Positions 50,691-63,609 of a stretch of 64,000 nt of DNA are shown piece after piece. The notes beneath the pieces are model-generated. The model was not told the origin of the DNA. It did not search any database and was given only the letters and a program-made list of their open reading frames with translations. This DNA is from Octopus sinensis (lineage: Eukaryota), in contig NC_043014.1 of NCBI RefSeq assembly GCF_006345805.1, positions 55,180,001 to 55,244,000 on the forward strand, given 5' to 3'. Position 1 is the stretch's first letter, and the number at the start of each line of letters is the position of its first letter. The position numbers were made by a program, and so were the translations under genes.

Positions 50691-51239
50691 TAATTACAAA
50701 AATAATACAAAAAAAAACAAAAAAAATTATACGAATATAAATACAAAAAAAACAATAATAATAATAACAGGACATATATATATAATGTTTCACTTGTTTC
50801 GGTCATTAGACCGTGGCCATGCTGTGGCACTGCCTTCAAGAATTTCTTTTGAATGAATTGAACTCAGGACTTATTCTATCTGACTCTTGTGCCAAACTGC
50901 TAAGTTTTGGGAACATAAACACACCAACACCAAGCAGTGTGTGTGTGCGTGTGTGTGTGTGCACATGTGCATGTGCAATATTGGCTAGAGGTTACGCTGA
51001 ATCGGTTCCAGGTCATGTCGAGTTGACCACAGGATGGTAAACACCAGAAAAACATCTAAACTACTGGTTTGAAATAAAGGAAAAACAGAGGAAGGTGGAG
51101 GAGGGCAGAGAGGAAGGAAGGGAGGGAGGGAGAGAAGGAGGAGGAAGGGAGGGAGGGAGGGAGCGGCAGCTGTAATTAGAGAAGATTCACCCAGGTACTT
51201 GTTGAAATGTATTTTTACCAAGATCCTTTCACAGGAGGT

Positions 51240-51520
51240 GGCTTCACACACACACAGTAATAGCAGGGTTAGTAGTAATAGTATCAGTGGTGGTAGTAGT
51301 AGTAGTAGCAATAGTGGTAGCAGCGATAACACTAGTAGTGGTAGTAGTAGTAGTAGTAGTGATAGGAGTTGATAGCAGCAGAAGTAGTATTAGTAGTAAT
51401 GGTGATGGTGGTGGTGATGAAGACAGTAGTAACAGTGTAATAGTTGTAGTAGTAGCTGCAATAATGGTAATTTGTGTAGTAGTATTAGTAGTAGTGATAG
51501 TGACAGTAATCATATTAATA
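51240..51520. repeat. Degenerate (GTA)n/(GTG)n repeat
   Basis: Directly visible. Confidence 0.85.
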
Positions 51521-52204
51521 CTAGAACTAGTAAGAATGCCCAAGAGGCATTTCTTCCAGTTCTTTATGCTCTGTGTTCAAATCCTGCTGAGGTCAACTCT
51601 GCCTTTCATCACTTCGGGGGTTGATAAAATAAAGTAGCACTCAAGTACTGGAATAAATCTGTTTAACTAAAACCCTTCAAGGCAATGCCCCAGCATAGCC
51701 ACAGTCTAACGAATGAAACAAGTAAAAGATGAAAGATTAAAGATAAAAGATGTAGGTGTTTGATAATGTTCTTATGATAATGTTGGTTTTAATGTTCTGA
51801 AGTGTTGTGGATGTGTTTGCTTCATGTGTAGGCGGGGTAAGTCATGGATGGATTGAAAAGGAGTGTGAAGGTTGGACTTTGCTGCAGTAACAAACTAGGC
51901 TCCAGGCATGTTCCAAGTGGTCTTTTGTTTCAATTATTTGGTCTGTGGATGGAGTTTGTGTGAAGCCTCCAGGAATACTAAGTGTTGTTTTGTGTTAATC
52001 TGAAGAGTGATATAATCTGTGGAAGAGCTTGGCAATCCTGGGCAGGATTATCATTAATCCATGATGGACCAAATCCATTGTTTCTACACTAAAATTCTTG
52101 TGCCATCCTGTTAACCAAATGTAGTGCTTTGAATGCTCCAACTATATTTCTATACCATGTGGCTTTCTTCCTACATGTGCAGTGAATGGTGCAAAGGAGT
52201 TCTT

Positions 52205-52550
52205 TTATCTGCCACTTGTTTCAGTCATTAGACTGTGGCCATGCTGGGGCAATGCCTCAAAGAATTTTTACTCAAACGAATTCACCCAAGTACATTCTTC
52301 TCTCTTTGCTAAGCCTGGTACTTATTCTGCCAGTCTCTTTTGCCAAACTGCTAAGTCACAGAGATGTAAACAGACTAACACTAGTTGTCAAGCGGTGGTC
52401 AGATGGACACAAACACACACACACAAACGATGGGCTTCTTTCAATTTCCATCTATCAAATCCACTCACAAAGCTTTGGTTGGCCCAAGGTTATAGTAGAA
52501 GATATATGCCCAAGGTGCCACACAAGGGAACAGAACCCACAACCATGTGC
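52205..52550 (-). mobile_element. SINE family A, diverged
   Basis: Homology to family A. Confidence 0.8.
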
Positions 52551-52649
52551 TTGGGTTTAGTGGTCTGCATTTGTGATGCGTTCACAAGGTAAAAGTGCAG
52601 GGATATGATATCACATATAAGGCTTTCTAAGCTGTTGTAAGGTAAGTGT

Positions 52650-52960
52650 AGCTTACTGGTTAAGGTATCTGGCTCTTGATCATAAGGTGAAGAGTTCAAT
52701 ACCTGACAACAGCACTTTGTGTCCTTGAGCAAGATACTTCATTTCATGTGACTCCAGTCCATTCAGATGACAAAAATGAGCTGTACCTGTATTCCAAAAG
52801 GGCCAAACTTGTCACCTCCTGTGTCATTCTGAATCTCTCTGACAATTTCGTTAAGGGTCCGTGTGTTTGTGGAGTATTCAGCCACTTGCACATTAATTTC
52901 ATGAGCAGGCTGTTTCGGGATCAGACCAACTGGAACCCTCATCCCTGTAACCGACAGAGT
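52650..52960 (+). mobile_element. SINE family E
   Basis: GAGTTCAATACC B-box; GTGTCCTTGAGCAAGATACTTC core; homologous to 55268-55590. Confidence 0.8.
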
Positions 52961-53679
52961 GCTAGTTTAAGATAAGGGGTGAGATGGGGCCCTGCATGAT
53001 TGGGTCCTTGTCAGGTTTTAGAATAATAGAGTGATCTTTGCAGAGTTTGCCAACTGGATTCTTCAAGCCGCAGTTTCCGTCTTGGCATTGAAACTGCGAG
53101 TCTGGCAAATGCAGAAAGAGCTGAGATAAGAAATCAAATACTTTTATACCCTGCAACCAGAGTTTTAGTTTTTGTATCGCAACGAAATCTCAAGAATTTT
53201 TAGTGTTTTGAGCAGGATATATAATTGCTTTATGAATGAGTGTTTTCAACTGAGAGGATTATATATAAGTATACACACCCACTATTGTCTATATAAAGAA
53301 TAAGACCAGCAGGTGAATGGCTAAATTGGTAGAGGCGAACAGTTGAACAAAATATTTGTGGTGCTAGGTTTGGTCTGTGGGTGTGTTTCAGGTTCAAACC
53401 CTGCAGTATCCAATAAGTACCAGTAAAGCGAAATAGATGTCAGTTCCAGTTGATAAAATAAATAGAGAAAGGCACCGGGGTGGGGAGGAGAGTATAGCTG
53501 ACACTATTCAAGAAATGAAACAACAAGGTCTATGTACACAGGTACATATTTACACATCACAAAGACACCTGGTGGCAGTTTATAACAACAGCAAACAGTT
53601 CGTACAAACAAGTTGGTTTCATTTCTCCCCAATAAACAATACGGTCCAAAAAGATGCACATCTGCATGACAAAATAATT

Positions 53680-54102
53680 GGATCTTTTCGGTTTGAACAG
53701 CAGTTTTTAAACATAATATCTAGGTAACTAAACATTTTTAAACTTCGTATACTGGTAGAATGTGTTTATGAAACATCTTTTTCTCTTGGCTTTATTGAGA
53801 AAATTCTATAGTTTGTAAGATATTTGTTGTTGTTTTTTTTCTTCAATTTCTGCAATTTCAACCAATCAATGACGTCTATTGAATTAAAAAGCATTCTGTG
53901 TCGTATGAATATGTCTCTCGTTTAAGAAACAGATTGGGTTTATTTACATTTCTGAAGAAAAAAAAAGATACCCTTCCCCCACCCCTAACCTTAACCCTAA
54001 AAGAGATTGAAATGCAATAGATTGATTCTAGGGTCATAATTATGGGTGACAATTTCATATGACACCCGCTAGAAAAAACTGCCGTTCAAACCGAAAAGAT
54101 CC
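53680..54102. mobile_element. 423-bp MITE with ~28-bp TIRs and 8-bp TSD (Merlin-like or hAT-like)
   Basis: TIR GGATCTTTTCGGTTTGAAC(A/G)GCAGTTTT at both ends; AAATAATT at 53672-53679 and 54103-54110. Confidence 0.88.
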
Positions 54103-54387
54103 AAATAATTTAGTCCACTCTGTGGACATATAGTACCATGGGAATGGCTGCATTGATGTGGCCCTAGAATGGTCGTATCTCAGTGACTGCAGGCAATCAT
54201 GAAAGGTTTCAAAGGCTATAGATATTGCTGGTGAAGAGGTCTCAAGATCAAACAAACAAGCTAGGTGCTTATTTGGCTGTTGGTTTATAGGGGAGTCGCA
54301 ATGTGTTGACAATGAAATCCTAAACATAGACAACTATCTAAAGGTACATATGCTCACAGCCCTCTCTCTGTAAGTATGTATATGTGT

Positions 54388-54459
<72 letters not shown>

Positions 54460-54739
54460 TAAAGGTAGTGAACACAAACAAAAAGACAACACAGGCGGAA
54501 CAAGTTATATATAGAAAAACAAAAGAACTTGTGTTGAGAGTCTGTCCTAGGTGTGTGGGTGGGTGTTGGTAAACCAGATTACAGCTGACTGATGGCAAAC
54601 TGCACGAAACCTTTAAGTATGAGAAAATGATCCAGTTTACCAACACACAAAATTATCTCTCTCTCATATATATATAAACATACACAAACACACACTCGGG
54701 GTGATAAATATTGGTAGCTGTGCATATTTGTTGCAATGG

Positions 54740-55100
54740 AAGCCTGCCAAAAAAACCGAAAAGAGCGCATCGCAGGCAGAGTGGCGGCGGCGGTGGTGGT
54801 GGTGGTGGTGGGTCCTCGCTCGGTACATCTACCCTATCAGCTATGCCATCGTTTCACGCTGACTGAAGCAGGCATATTAAGCAAGTAGAGGAGTTATTTT
54901 TACTCGTATTTGGGTTCAGTGTGATAAGACAAGAGATACGATGTCGGCCCGGGCGGGGCGGGAGGTGGGGAGAAGAAGAGGGCATCTGAGAGGAACTAAA
55001 TATGCAAATAAAGTACACACACACACATAGTAGACAGCCAACCACCGAGATGATATAAAACACCACCGCATCTCACCGATGGTGGCCACGCCCCGCATGA
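54740..55100. promoter_or_regulatory. Unique GC/CpG-enriched island with GC-boxes and a G4 motif (candidate promoter or enhancer)
   Basis: GGGCGGGGCGGG at 54951-54962; G-tracts 54951-54970; (GGC)(GGT)n; many CpGs relative to flanks. Confidence 0.35.
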
Positions 55101-55267
55101 CCTAACACACTTCTGTTTGCGAGTAAATAAAGGCACCGACCAAAGACGGTGGATTTGGTAAATGCTCCAAGCTTCCAAATTTTCCACACCGGCTTAAAAT
55201 CCCAATGTTTATGTTGTGAGGGGAAGTCGAGGTGTGTGCTTGTGTGTGTGCGTGTATCTGTGCAAAA

Positions 55268-55590
55268 GCACTCGGCGCAGTAGTTAGGGTATTCGGCTCA
55301 TGATTGTAAGGTCGTGGGTTCAATTCCTGTTGACACATTGTGTCCTTAAGCAAGACACTTTATTTCACGTTGCTCCAGTCCACTCAGCTGGCAACAATAA
55401 GTAGTACCTGTAATTCAAAGGGGCCGGCCTTGTCACATTCTGTGTCATGCTGGATCTCCCCGAGAACTACGTTAAGGGTGCACGTGTCTGTGGAGTGCTC
55501 AGCCACTTACACGTTAATTTCACGAGCAGGCTGTTCCGTTGATTCGGATCAACTGGAAGTCTCGTCATCGTAACCAACACAGTGCCAGTA
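55268..55590 (+). mobile_element. SINE family E, near full length
   Basis: GCACTCGGCGCAGTAGTTAGGG..GGTCGTGGGTTCAATTCC..TTGTGTCCTTAAGCAAGACACTTTATTTCACGTTGCTCCAGTCCACTCAGCTGG. Confidence 0.85.
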
Positions 55591-57359
55591 CATATATATA
55601 CATATATGACTGTGACCGACCAGGCTATCAGATGTTGTTACACGTCGCTGGTCACAATGCGCTTCGCATTGTTTTAGCCTTCAAATGACGCCACCCCACT
55701 GGCTAAGCGATCAGGCCAATATATATATATAAACATAACCATCATACACACACACCAATATACCAGCATATTACACAAAAAGAATGTGAAGAACAAATAT
55801 GCATGTGTATGTGGTAAATTAAGTGTATATATATTTTAGACAATATATATATATATAACATCATCATCATCATATCCACTTTTCCATTAGAATTCTGGAC
55901 AGATTTTTCCACAACTGGATGCCCTTCCTGTCACCAACATTTACCTATTTTCAAGCAAGGTAATATTTCCCTAAAGCCAGACATCTTTTCCACAGAAGAC
56001 TAATAAACAAAACTACCTTGCTTGTATGATAGTGATGCTTGTTTACAGCCAGCACACGATGTCTAGACAAGGGGACACGCATACATACATCTGCTATACA
56101 ATGGGTTCCTTTCAGTTGATGTTGACCAAACCCACTCACAAGGCTTTGGTCAGCTCAAGACTCTAAGACACTTGCGGAAAGTGTTTGGAACCAAGATCCA
56201 CAGGGTTAGAAAGCAGGCTTCTTGACCATACAACAATGCCTGTGTACATGTTTGTGTGTGTATATGCACGCATGCATGATACACACACACACACACACAC
56301 TGTAAAGTGGTGGGTATCAGAAAGGACATCCAACCATAGGAACCATGCCAAAGCAGACATTGGAGCATGGTACAGTCCTTGGCTCATCGGATCCTTGTCA
56401 AACTGTCCAACCCATGCCGGCATGGAACATGGACATTAAATGATTTTATAAACACACACACACACTTGTACATAGATTAATATATCAGCTGCATCGCTTA
56501 GTAGTTACTCTGGAGTTTCCCCAGGCAACCTGTTTATCAAACAGCTACCTAACTGATACACACACACACACACACACACACATCCCTTACTGTCTGCATC
56601 AAATATTCTGAATAAGAAATATTATATGTACTTGTATTTTGGGGGAAAAGTGGGGTTTTTTTGGCAGGGTTACACTTTATTAATTATTATTATTATTATT
56701 ATTATTATTAATACCTTTTAAAAATCTTTGGAGAAATTATCAAAGAACTCAGATTAAAGCTATCTGTAATACTGATTGTAGTGCCAAGCCTGGAGCCAGT
56801 TGTAGACTTGGGGTGTGGTGTGTAGGGAGGAAGGGAAGGATGAATAAATGTTCAGCCTTAGAAATAATTACATACTATACATATATAGACACATAACAAA
56901 TACACAACTAATACACTATACATTTACATATTCAGTTTACATCTGTTTTACCATGCTAGCATGGGTTAGATGAGTACTTATTACTGAGGTGTTATTTCTA
57001 CAGTCAGACACCCTTCCCATAGGTAAGCATTGCTTGTGTTTCAACTAAGCAATTCTTTTATATTCCAAATGTTTTTGAAAGTGTGGAGCTAATGGATGAC
57101 CAGAGGACCATTTGTTGACAGGGAAAGGTCAACAAAGGTCACTGGCTGTGGATTAGTACTTTTTCACGCACACACACACACACACACACACGGAAGACAG
57201 GCTTCTTTCAGTTTCCATCTACCAAATCCACTCTCAAAGCTTTGGTTGACCTGGGGCTATGGTAAAAGACACCCAAGGAGACATGCAGTGAGACTGAATT
57301 AAATCTATAGATATCTAAATACCTGTATCTTCAACATCCAGTGTGATTAGCTTATACAA

Positions 57360-57573
57360 GGTTGTTGCAGTGCCGCCTGACTGGCCCTGTGCCGGTGGCA
57401 TGTAAAAGCACCCACTACACTCTCGGAGTGGTTGGCATTAGGAAGAGCATCCAATTGTAGAAACTGTGCCAGATCAGATTGGAGCCTGGTGCAGCCACCC
57501 GGCTCGCCAGTCCTCAGTCAAATCATCCAACCCATGCTAGCATGGAAAGCAGACGTTAAACGATGATGATGAA
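57360..57573 (+). mobile_element. Family C copy
   Basis: One unit, core and (GAT)n tail. Confidence 0.88.
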
Positions 57574-57917
57574 GAGTGAGTAGATGTCCGGATATTGTTG
57601 CTGCAAGGAACTAAAGATTGTATAAAACCCGAAATTATCTAACTAGGCTTAGAATTACAATTAGTTACAAGAAAATGATGAGAAGAAATCAGGATCTCAA
57701 GAATGAAATACGAAATTGGAGCTTTGAGGTCGTTAATGATGATTAAAATAATATCAGCTGTAGTGAGATCTTTTGGAATGGTTCCCGATAGATTACAGAA
57801 ATGGTTAGCAATGAAAGATTGAAATTACAAGAGGACTCCTGAATCTATTTAGTCAGGAATGAATAGCTAAGGTATTAAGAAATGTGTTTCATAAATAAAC
57901 AATAAATAACACTGGAT

Positions 57918-58142
57918 TTAACCGTTTTCATACCAAGCAACCTGAAACCATCCTTAGTTCTGTGCTACAAAGATCTTGGCTTCAAGCAATCAAAATTAAA
58001 ACCTTCCTCCAAAATTTCATGTTAACTTTTGTTCTATCCAAACACCAGTGTAATAACGACAGTTATTTTATTAAATTCTTCATTAATTTCAAAATTAATT
58101 GGAACAGCATATTTTAACAAAATTGTGGTAACAAAAGGATTA
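57918..58142 (+). mobile_element. piggyBac-like MITE, P1-related and diverged
   Basis: TTAA|CCGTTTTCATACC ... GTAACAAAAGGA|TTAA. Confidence 0.6.
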
Positions 58143-58462
58143 AATTTGATAAAACTAAAAATCATCTTTTTAAGGCAAGAGCCTCAGATGTAATCTCTTC
58201 ACAATGATTAAATAAAAAATACTAATGCTTTCTGATATAGTCACAAGACCATCAACTTTAAGGGGAAGTATTTAGTTAATACCATCGACCCCAGCATTTG
58301 AGTGGTACTTTATTTTATTAACCCTGAAAGGATGAACAATAAAGTTCACCTTCGTGGAATTTGAACTCAGAATGTAAGGAACCAGAACAGATACTGCAGG
58401 TCTACCTGCTCACTGCCATAGACTGAATAAAGACATAATAATATCGAAAGCATTAATAGCAA

Positions 58463-58855
58463 TCATCATCATCATTTAGCGTCCGTTCTCCATACTAGCA
58501 TGGGTTGGACGGTTTAACTGGGGTCTGTGAAGCTGGAAGGCTTCATCAGGCCCAGTCAGATCTGGCAGTGTTTCTACGGCTGGATGCCCTTCCTAGCACC
58601 AACCACTGCGTGAGTGTAGTGGGTGCTTTTTACGTGCCACCCGCACAGGTGCCAGACAGAGCTGGCAAACGGTCATGAACGGATGGTGCTTTTACGTGTT
58701 ACCGGCACGGGGGCCAGGCGAGGCTGGCAACGGACATGAACGGATGGTGCTTTTACGTGCCACCAACACGGGGGCCAGACAGAGCTGGCAAACGGCCACG
58801 AACGGATGATGCTTTTACGTGTCACCTGCACGGGGGCCAGGCGAGGCTGGCAACG
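58463..58855 (-). mobile_element. Family C copy with four alternating tandem units
   Basis: Units alternate GACAGAGCTGGCAAACGG and GGCGAGGCTGGCAACG. Confidence 0.9.
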
Positions 58856-60919
58856 ATAATAATAATAATATATAAACCATTTGACTGACAAACAAACTTG
58901 TCCATACAACTACGTCTGCACCAATAAGTAATAGGTATATTGTGCTGCTGTTTCAGGCCTAATTCTTGTCAATCTCCAGGTAGCATTTATGTCTTTAACA
59001 TTCTTGGCACTGCCAGATTGAGTGGTACTGCTCATGTATCAAAACCATAAAGATATCTGTTAGGCAGCTGATGAAGAGTGTATACATTTGATGTGTTTGT
59101 AAACCTTTTGTATCACATGTTCTCTTGATTCTTAGCGGTCTTCCACTAAAATTCTAGTTCTTGTAGAGTTAATCTTGTTTAGTTTTTTCTTTGTTTATGG
59201 TGGTTTTGTTGCAAATATTATTTCATTGATATTGTGATTGTGCTTCATTAGGATTCTAATTCTGGTAAGGGTAATACCTGTTTAGGGGTCTCTAGTCTAT
59301 AAAAGTTTTGTTACACACACACACACACGATTCTCTATTGAAATGAAACTAGTTAGTCATAGTGGTAAAGAATTGTACCATCAATTCCTTCTATAATATA
59401 CATACATACACACACACAAAGTCATTTAAGAATACATGAGTCAGAAAAATATATGCATTCATATATTTGTCAATAGAATGAATATATTAATATTTGTACA
59501 ATAGAGTACCATAGATCCGTTTCCGCCAGTTTTACCTGTTGGTATTTACACACAAAAGTTTGGGAAAAACCCAATTTCAGTACCTGTCAAGTGCTGGAAG
59601 GACTTGCTATACTCATTCCCAAGTGACAGCATTGGGTTTTCCTTCCGATGAATGACAGTACTGGTTTACCCCAAACTCAAGTTTTGGTAAAAGCAGCTGA
59701 AATGGCCTCATATCATCATCATCATCACATTTTCAACACTAGAATAGGTTGGACATTTCAACATGAACAGACATGCAAAAGGGCTTTGCCAGGTTCTATG
59801 TCTGCTTTGGCAGAGTTTCTACAGCTGAGTGCCTTTCCTAATGCCAACCAATTCACAGAGTGTGGACTGGGTGCCCTTTTTTTCATGCCAATGGCACTAG
59901 TGAGGTTGCCGTGTAACCTGCGAGACAAGATCCCTCGAGTGAGTGGGGTGTAGAATTGAGGGAATAAAAAACAAGGATAGAGGGACAGGAACAGGCTTGT
60001 TGCTGAAGGGGTGAATACAAGGTTTGTTGCCGAGATGGGGAGAGATCAAGGTACAAGGTGAATATGAGGGACAGAATAGGATAAAGGAACAGAAAGGGTG
60101 GGTGTGTAGGTAAATGTGCTGAATGAGGATAACGTGACAGATGATTAGAAAGAGGGAGTGAATTAGGAGCAGATAATATCAGTTCAGCAGAAGGGAAATG
60201 AAAGAAGGACGTGTACTGTTTTAGATTTAAATTTAACTACACATCTCCCGAAACTTATGTCCTTTTAGAATAAACAAAAAAATTAAATAAAGAAAGAAAC
60301 CATTGCCATCATTATCAATATCCTTTTAATTAGTAATTAATATTATTGGCATGAGCTGGCGAAGGGTTGAGGTGGGGCAGTTGGTTGACAATTGAACTTG
60401 CCTGGGTTTAGTTACGTCCCTTTATATTCTGAATTTCGTCTTTTGAAACAAGGTCGACCTTGCCTTCAGTCTTCCGGGAGAAGTGGGAAGGTCAATAAAA
60501 TTAAGTACTTCCTCTAACTTACGGCCATGAAGAGTAATCAGACATGCTAGAAATAACAGCCAAATCTCAATTAAATTAGACACTCAAGTCTTATATAACC
60601 AAACAAAAACAAAACCCGGATATATATACATAGGTTGATATAAATAAAAGATGTGATGGCCACGACTGGAACAATTCTGGTTAAAGATCTACTTGCGGTT
60701 GATTTGAGGACTAAATAAAAAGCGATAACAACATTGTTTGGTTCCTCGGGGTCAACGTGTATCTAAGACTAGATAAATCAAATGTACCCACTTTTTTCCT
60801 CTTGTAAACAGTAAACTGTGATGTGAGGGAGATTATAGCTGCTATTTCTCCAGCAGATGGTGAATAACCATATAATGGTTCTGTCCTTTCTTCTATCATA
60901 CCTTTGGCAGAATATCCTT

Positions 60920-61318
60920 GATCTTTTACTTGTTTCAGTCATTAGACTGCAGCCATGCTGGGGCACTGTCTTGCAGAATTGTAGCCAAATGAATCGACCC
61001 CAGTACGTTTTCCTTCTTTTTAAGCATGGTAATAATTCTGTCGGCCTGTTTTGCCGAACTGCTAAGTTGTGGGAACGTAAACTCACAAACACTGGCTGTT
61101 AAGCGGTGATGGTGGACACAGACACACAGACATGTGTGTGTGTGTGTGCGTGCGCGAGAGAGATAAGCTTCTTTCAGTTTCCGTCTACCAAATCAACTCA
61201 CAAGGCTTTGGTCGGCCCGAAGCCATGACAGAAGGCACTTGCCCAGGTGCCACGCAGTGGGTCTGAACCCGGAACCATGTGGTTGGGAAGCGAACTTCTT
61301 ATCACGCAGCCACGCCTG
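60920..61318 (-). mobile_element. SINE family A, diverged
   Basis: Homology to family A. Confidence 0.8.
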
Positions 61319-61565
61319 TATGACGAAGTGACTTGCACATTCCAGGTTTAGTAAAAGAGATATTTCAAAAACAACAAAAAGACGAAGGTTGTAAATAAAC
61401 AGCAACAACAACGAGAAGAAGAAGAAGAGGCGAGTAAATAAGAATGGAGACAAGAACAGCTGGACTGGAGATAAGACCGGAATATTAAATAAAAGATGCC
61501 CGTTTTGCAGACATTCTGAGAGGGGGGGCAAAAATAATACCAAGTATTAAAGGTTATTTAGTGTA

Positions 61566-61965
61566 CTCTCTCTTTTACTCTTTTACTTGTTTCAGTCATT
61601 TGACTGCGGCCATGCTGGAGCACCACCTTTAATCGAGCAACTCCATTCTGTAACTTATTCTTTTGTAAGCCGAGTACTTATTCTATCGGTCTCTTTTGCC
61701 AAACCGCTAAATAACGGGGAGATAAACACACCAGCATCGGTTGTCAAGCAATGCTAGGGGGACAAACACAGACACACAAACACATATATATATGTACATA
61801 TATACGACGGGCTTCTTTCAGTTTCCGTCTACCAAATCCACTCACAAGGCTTTGGTCGGCCCGAGGCTATAGTAGAAGACACTTGCCCAAGATGCCATGC
61901 AGTGGGACTGAACCCGGAACCATATGGTTGGTAAACAAGCTACTTACCACACAGCCACTCCTGCG
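61566..61965 (-). mobile_element. SINE family A, full length
   Basis: Family A consensus on the minus strand. Confidence 0.9.
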
Positions 61966-62009
61966 TACTATTTAATAATTCTTTATTATTTATTATTAAT
62001 TAATAGTTA

Positions 62010-62210
62010 GACACAAGGCCTGGAATTTTAGGGGATAGGTAAGTTGATTGCATCGACCCCCGGTGATCAACTGGTACTTATTTTACTGACCCCGAAAAAA
62101 ATGAAAAGTCAAGTCGACCTCAGCGGAATTTGAACTCAAAACATAAAGACACGAAACGCTGCTAAGCATTTTGCTCGGCAAGCTATAACGATTCTGCCAA
62201 ACCGCCACCT
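62010..62210 (-). mobile_element. SINE family B copy
   Basis: Head, central box and tail on the minus strand. Confidence 0.8.
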
Positions 62211-62220
62211 TTAGTGTATG

Positions 62221-62380
62221 TACTACTACTACTACTACTACTACTAATAATAATAATAATAATGATAATAATAATGATAATAATAATAATCATCATCATT
62301 TAGCGTCCGTTTTCCATAAATGATGATGATTATTATTATTATTATTATCATTATTATTAGTAATAGTAGTAGTAGTAGTA
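62221..62380. repeat. Long imperfect palindrome of trinucleotide repeats around a 14-nt family C fragment
   Basis: (TAC)n(TAA)n CATCATCATTTA - GCGTCCGTTTTCCA - TAAATGATGATG (TTA)n(GTA)n. Confidence 0.85.
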
Positions 62381-62398
62381 ATAGTAGTAATGATGATG

Positions 62399-62431
<33 letters not shown>

Positions 62432-63217
62432 GTTACTGAGACAGTCACACAGAGTTACACACTCACGCACACACACCCACATCCAAAACAGTGACGTACA
62501 GACACGACACAGTCACACACACAAACACAGTTACAATGACAATCAGAAACTCACACAATCTCTTTATCTCACACACACAGAGACCTGTCCATGCACTGAA
62601 TATCAATGTGATTATTTTTAGCCTTCCCACCTGTTCAAATAAAGTCATTCTCCGGGAAGAACCAACCGTCAACTGCTCAGTCCCTTTGTTTGCTAGAAAT
62701 AGTAGGCAAATTTCCATCACAGCTGATCATCTAAAGGCACTGTATAATGCAGTCATAGGTATACTGTCTAAACAAAAGACAGGATGGTCACGACTGGAAC
62801 ACCTTTAATTATATGTCTATGTTTGATCAGGGCTAAAGAACTAAAGTTAAGTTGTTAACTTCATTCTGGACCAATCAGCGAGAAAGCTTCTGTGTGATTT
62901 ATCTGACCTACAAGAAATAGCAGCCAAATCACCTTTGAAATCACAACCCAGTGGTCTTTGATCACAAAATCCTCAATACACTATCCTGAACATATATGAA
63001 TGTGTGCAGGTATGTGTGTGTGTGTGTGTGTGTATACACACACATTTATACACTTATATATGTATATATATATATATAGATTGAATCTATATACACCCAG
63101 GCCTATTCCTCATTTATTTTTTTTAGGTGGGGGATAGCCACAACAAGATACACACCAGGCATTTTATTCATTTCCCAGATCAAATAGATCATATATATGT
63201 ATGTGTGTATATATATA

Positions 63218-63270
<53 letters not shown>

Positions 63271-63609
63271 TGTGTGTTGTGTGTGTGTGTATACTTGGAC
63301 ACTTTTGATCATACATGACCCGATCGCAGCTAACCCAGTGCTGAATAACAACTAAAATAGTTACATAATTGGAATACAGGTAGGCCATAAAAAGACACCT
63401 TATACTTTATTACCACAAACAGGCCAGCTATGGAATGTGTGTATAATACACCCTTCTCAAAGTTGCTCAATTGTGAAACTTCAAGTGTGTGGGGGCATGC
63501 GTGGGTGCGTGCGTGTCTATACAACCTTCCAACTGACTTATTTCAAACCATGTTGCAACCACATGTCAAATGATGAGTACTTCAGAATGTGTTTCATACC
63601 ATGTACACA

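Noticed and set aside
52962-53156. Minus ORF with SQFQCQDGNC (LDLa-like); plus frames with SRSFRLG (tyrosine recombinase-like) and IFAEFANWILQ..
   Set aside because: The LDLa acidic CD..DC.D.SDE half is missing, the recombinase catalytic His is absent, and no frame has clear exon boundaries.
55268-55345. tRNA gene
   Set aside because: A/B boxes present but no complete cloverleaf, and it continues into a SINE body. The same applies to the A and B heads and to 24575-24650.
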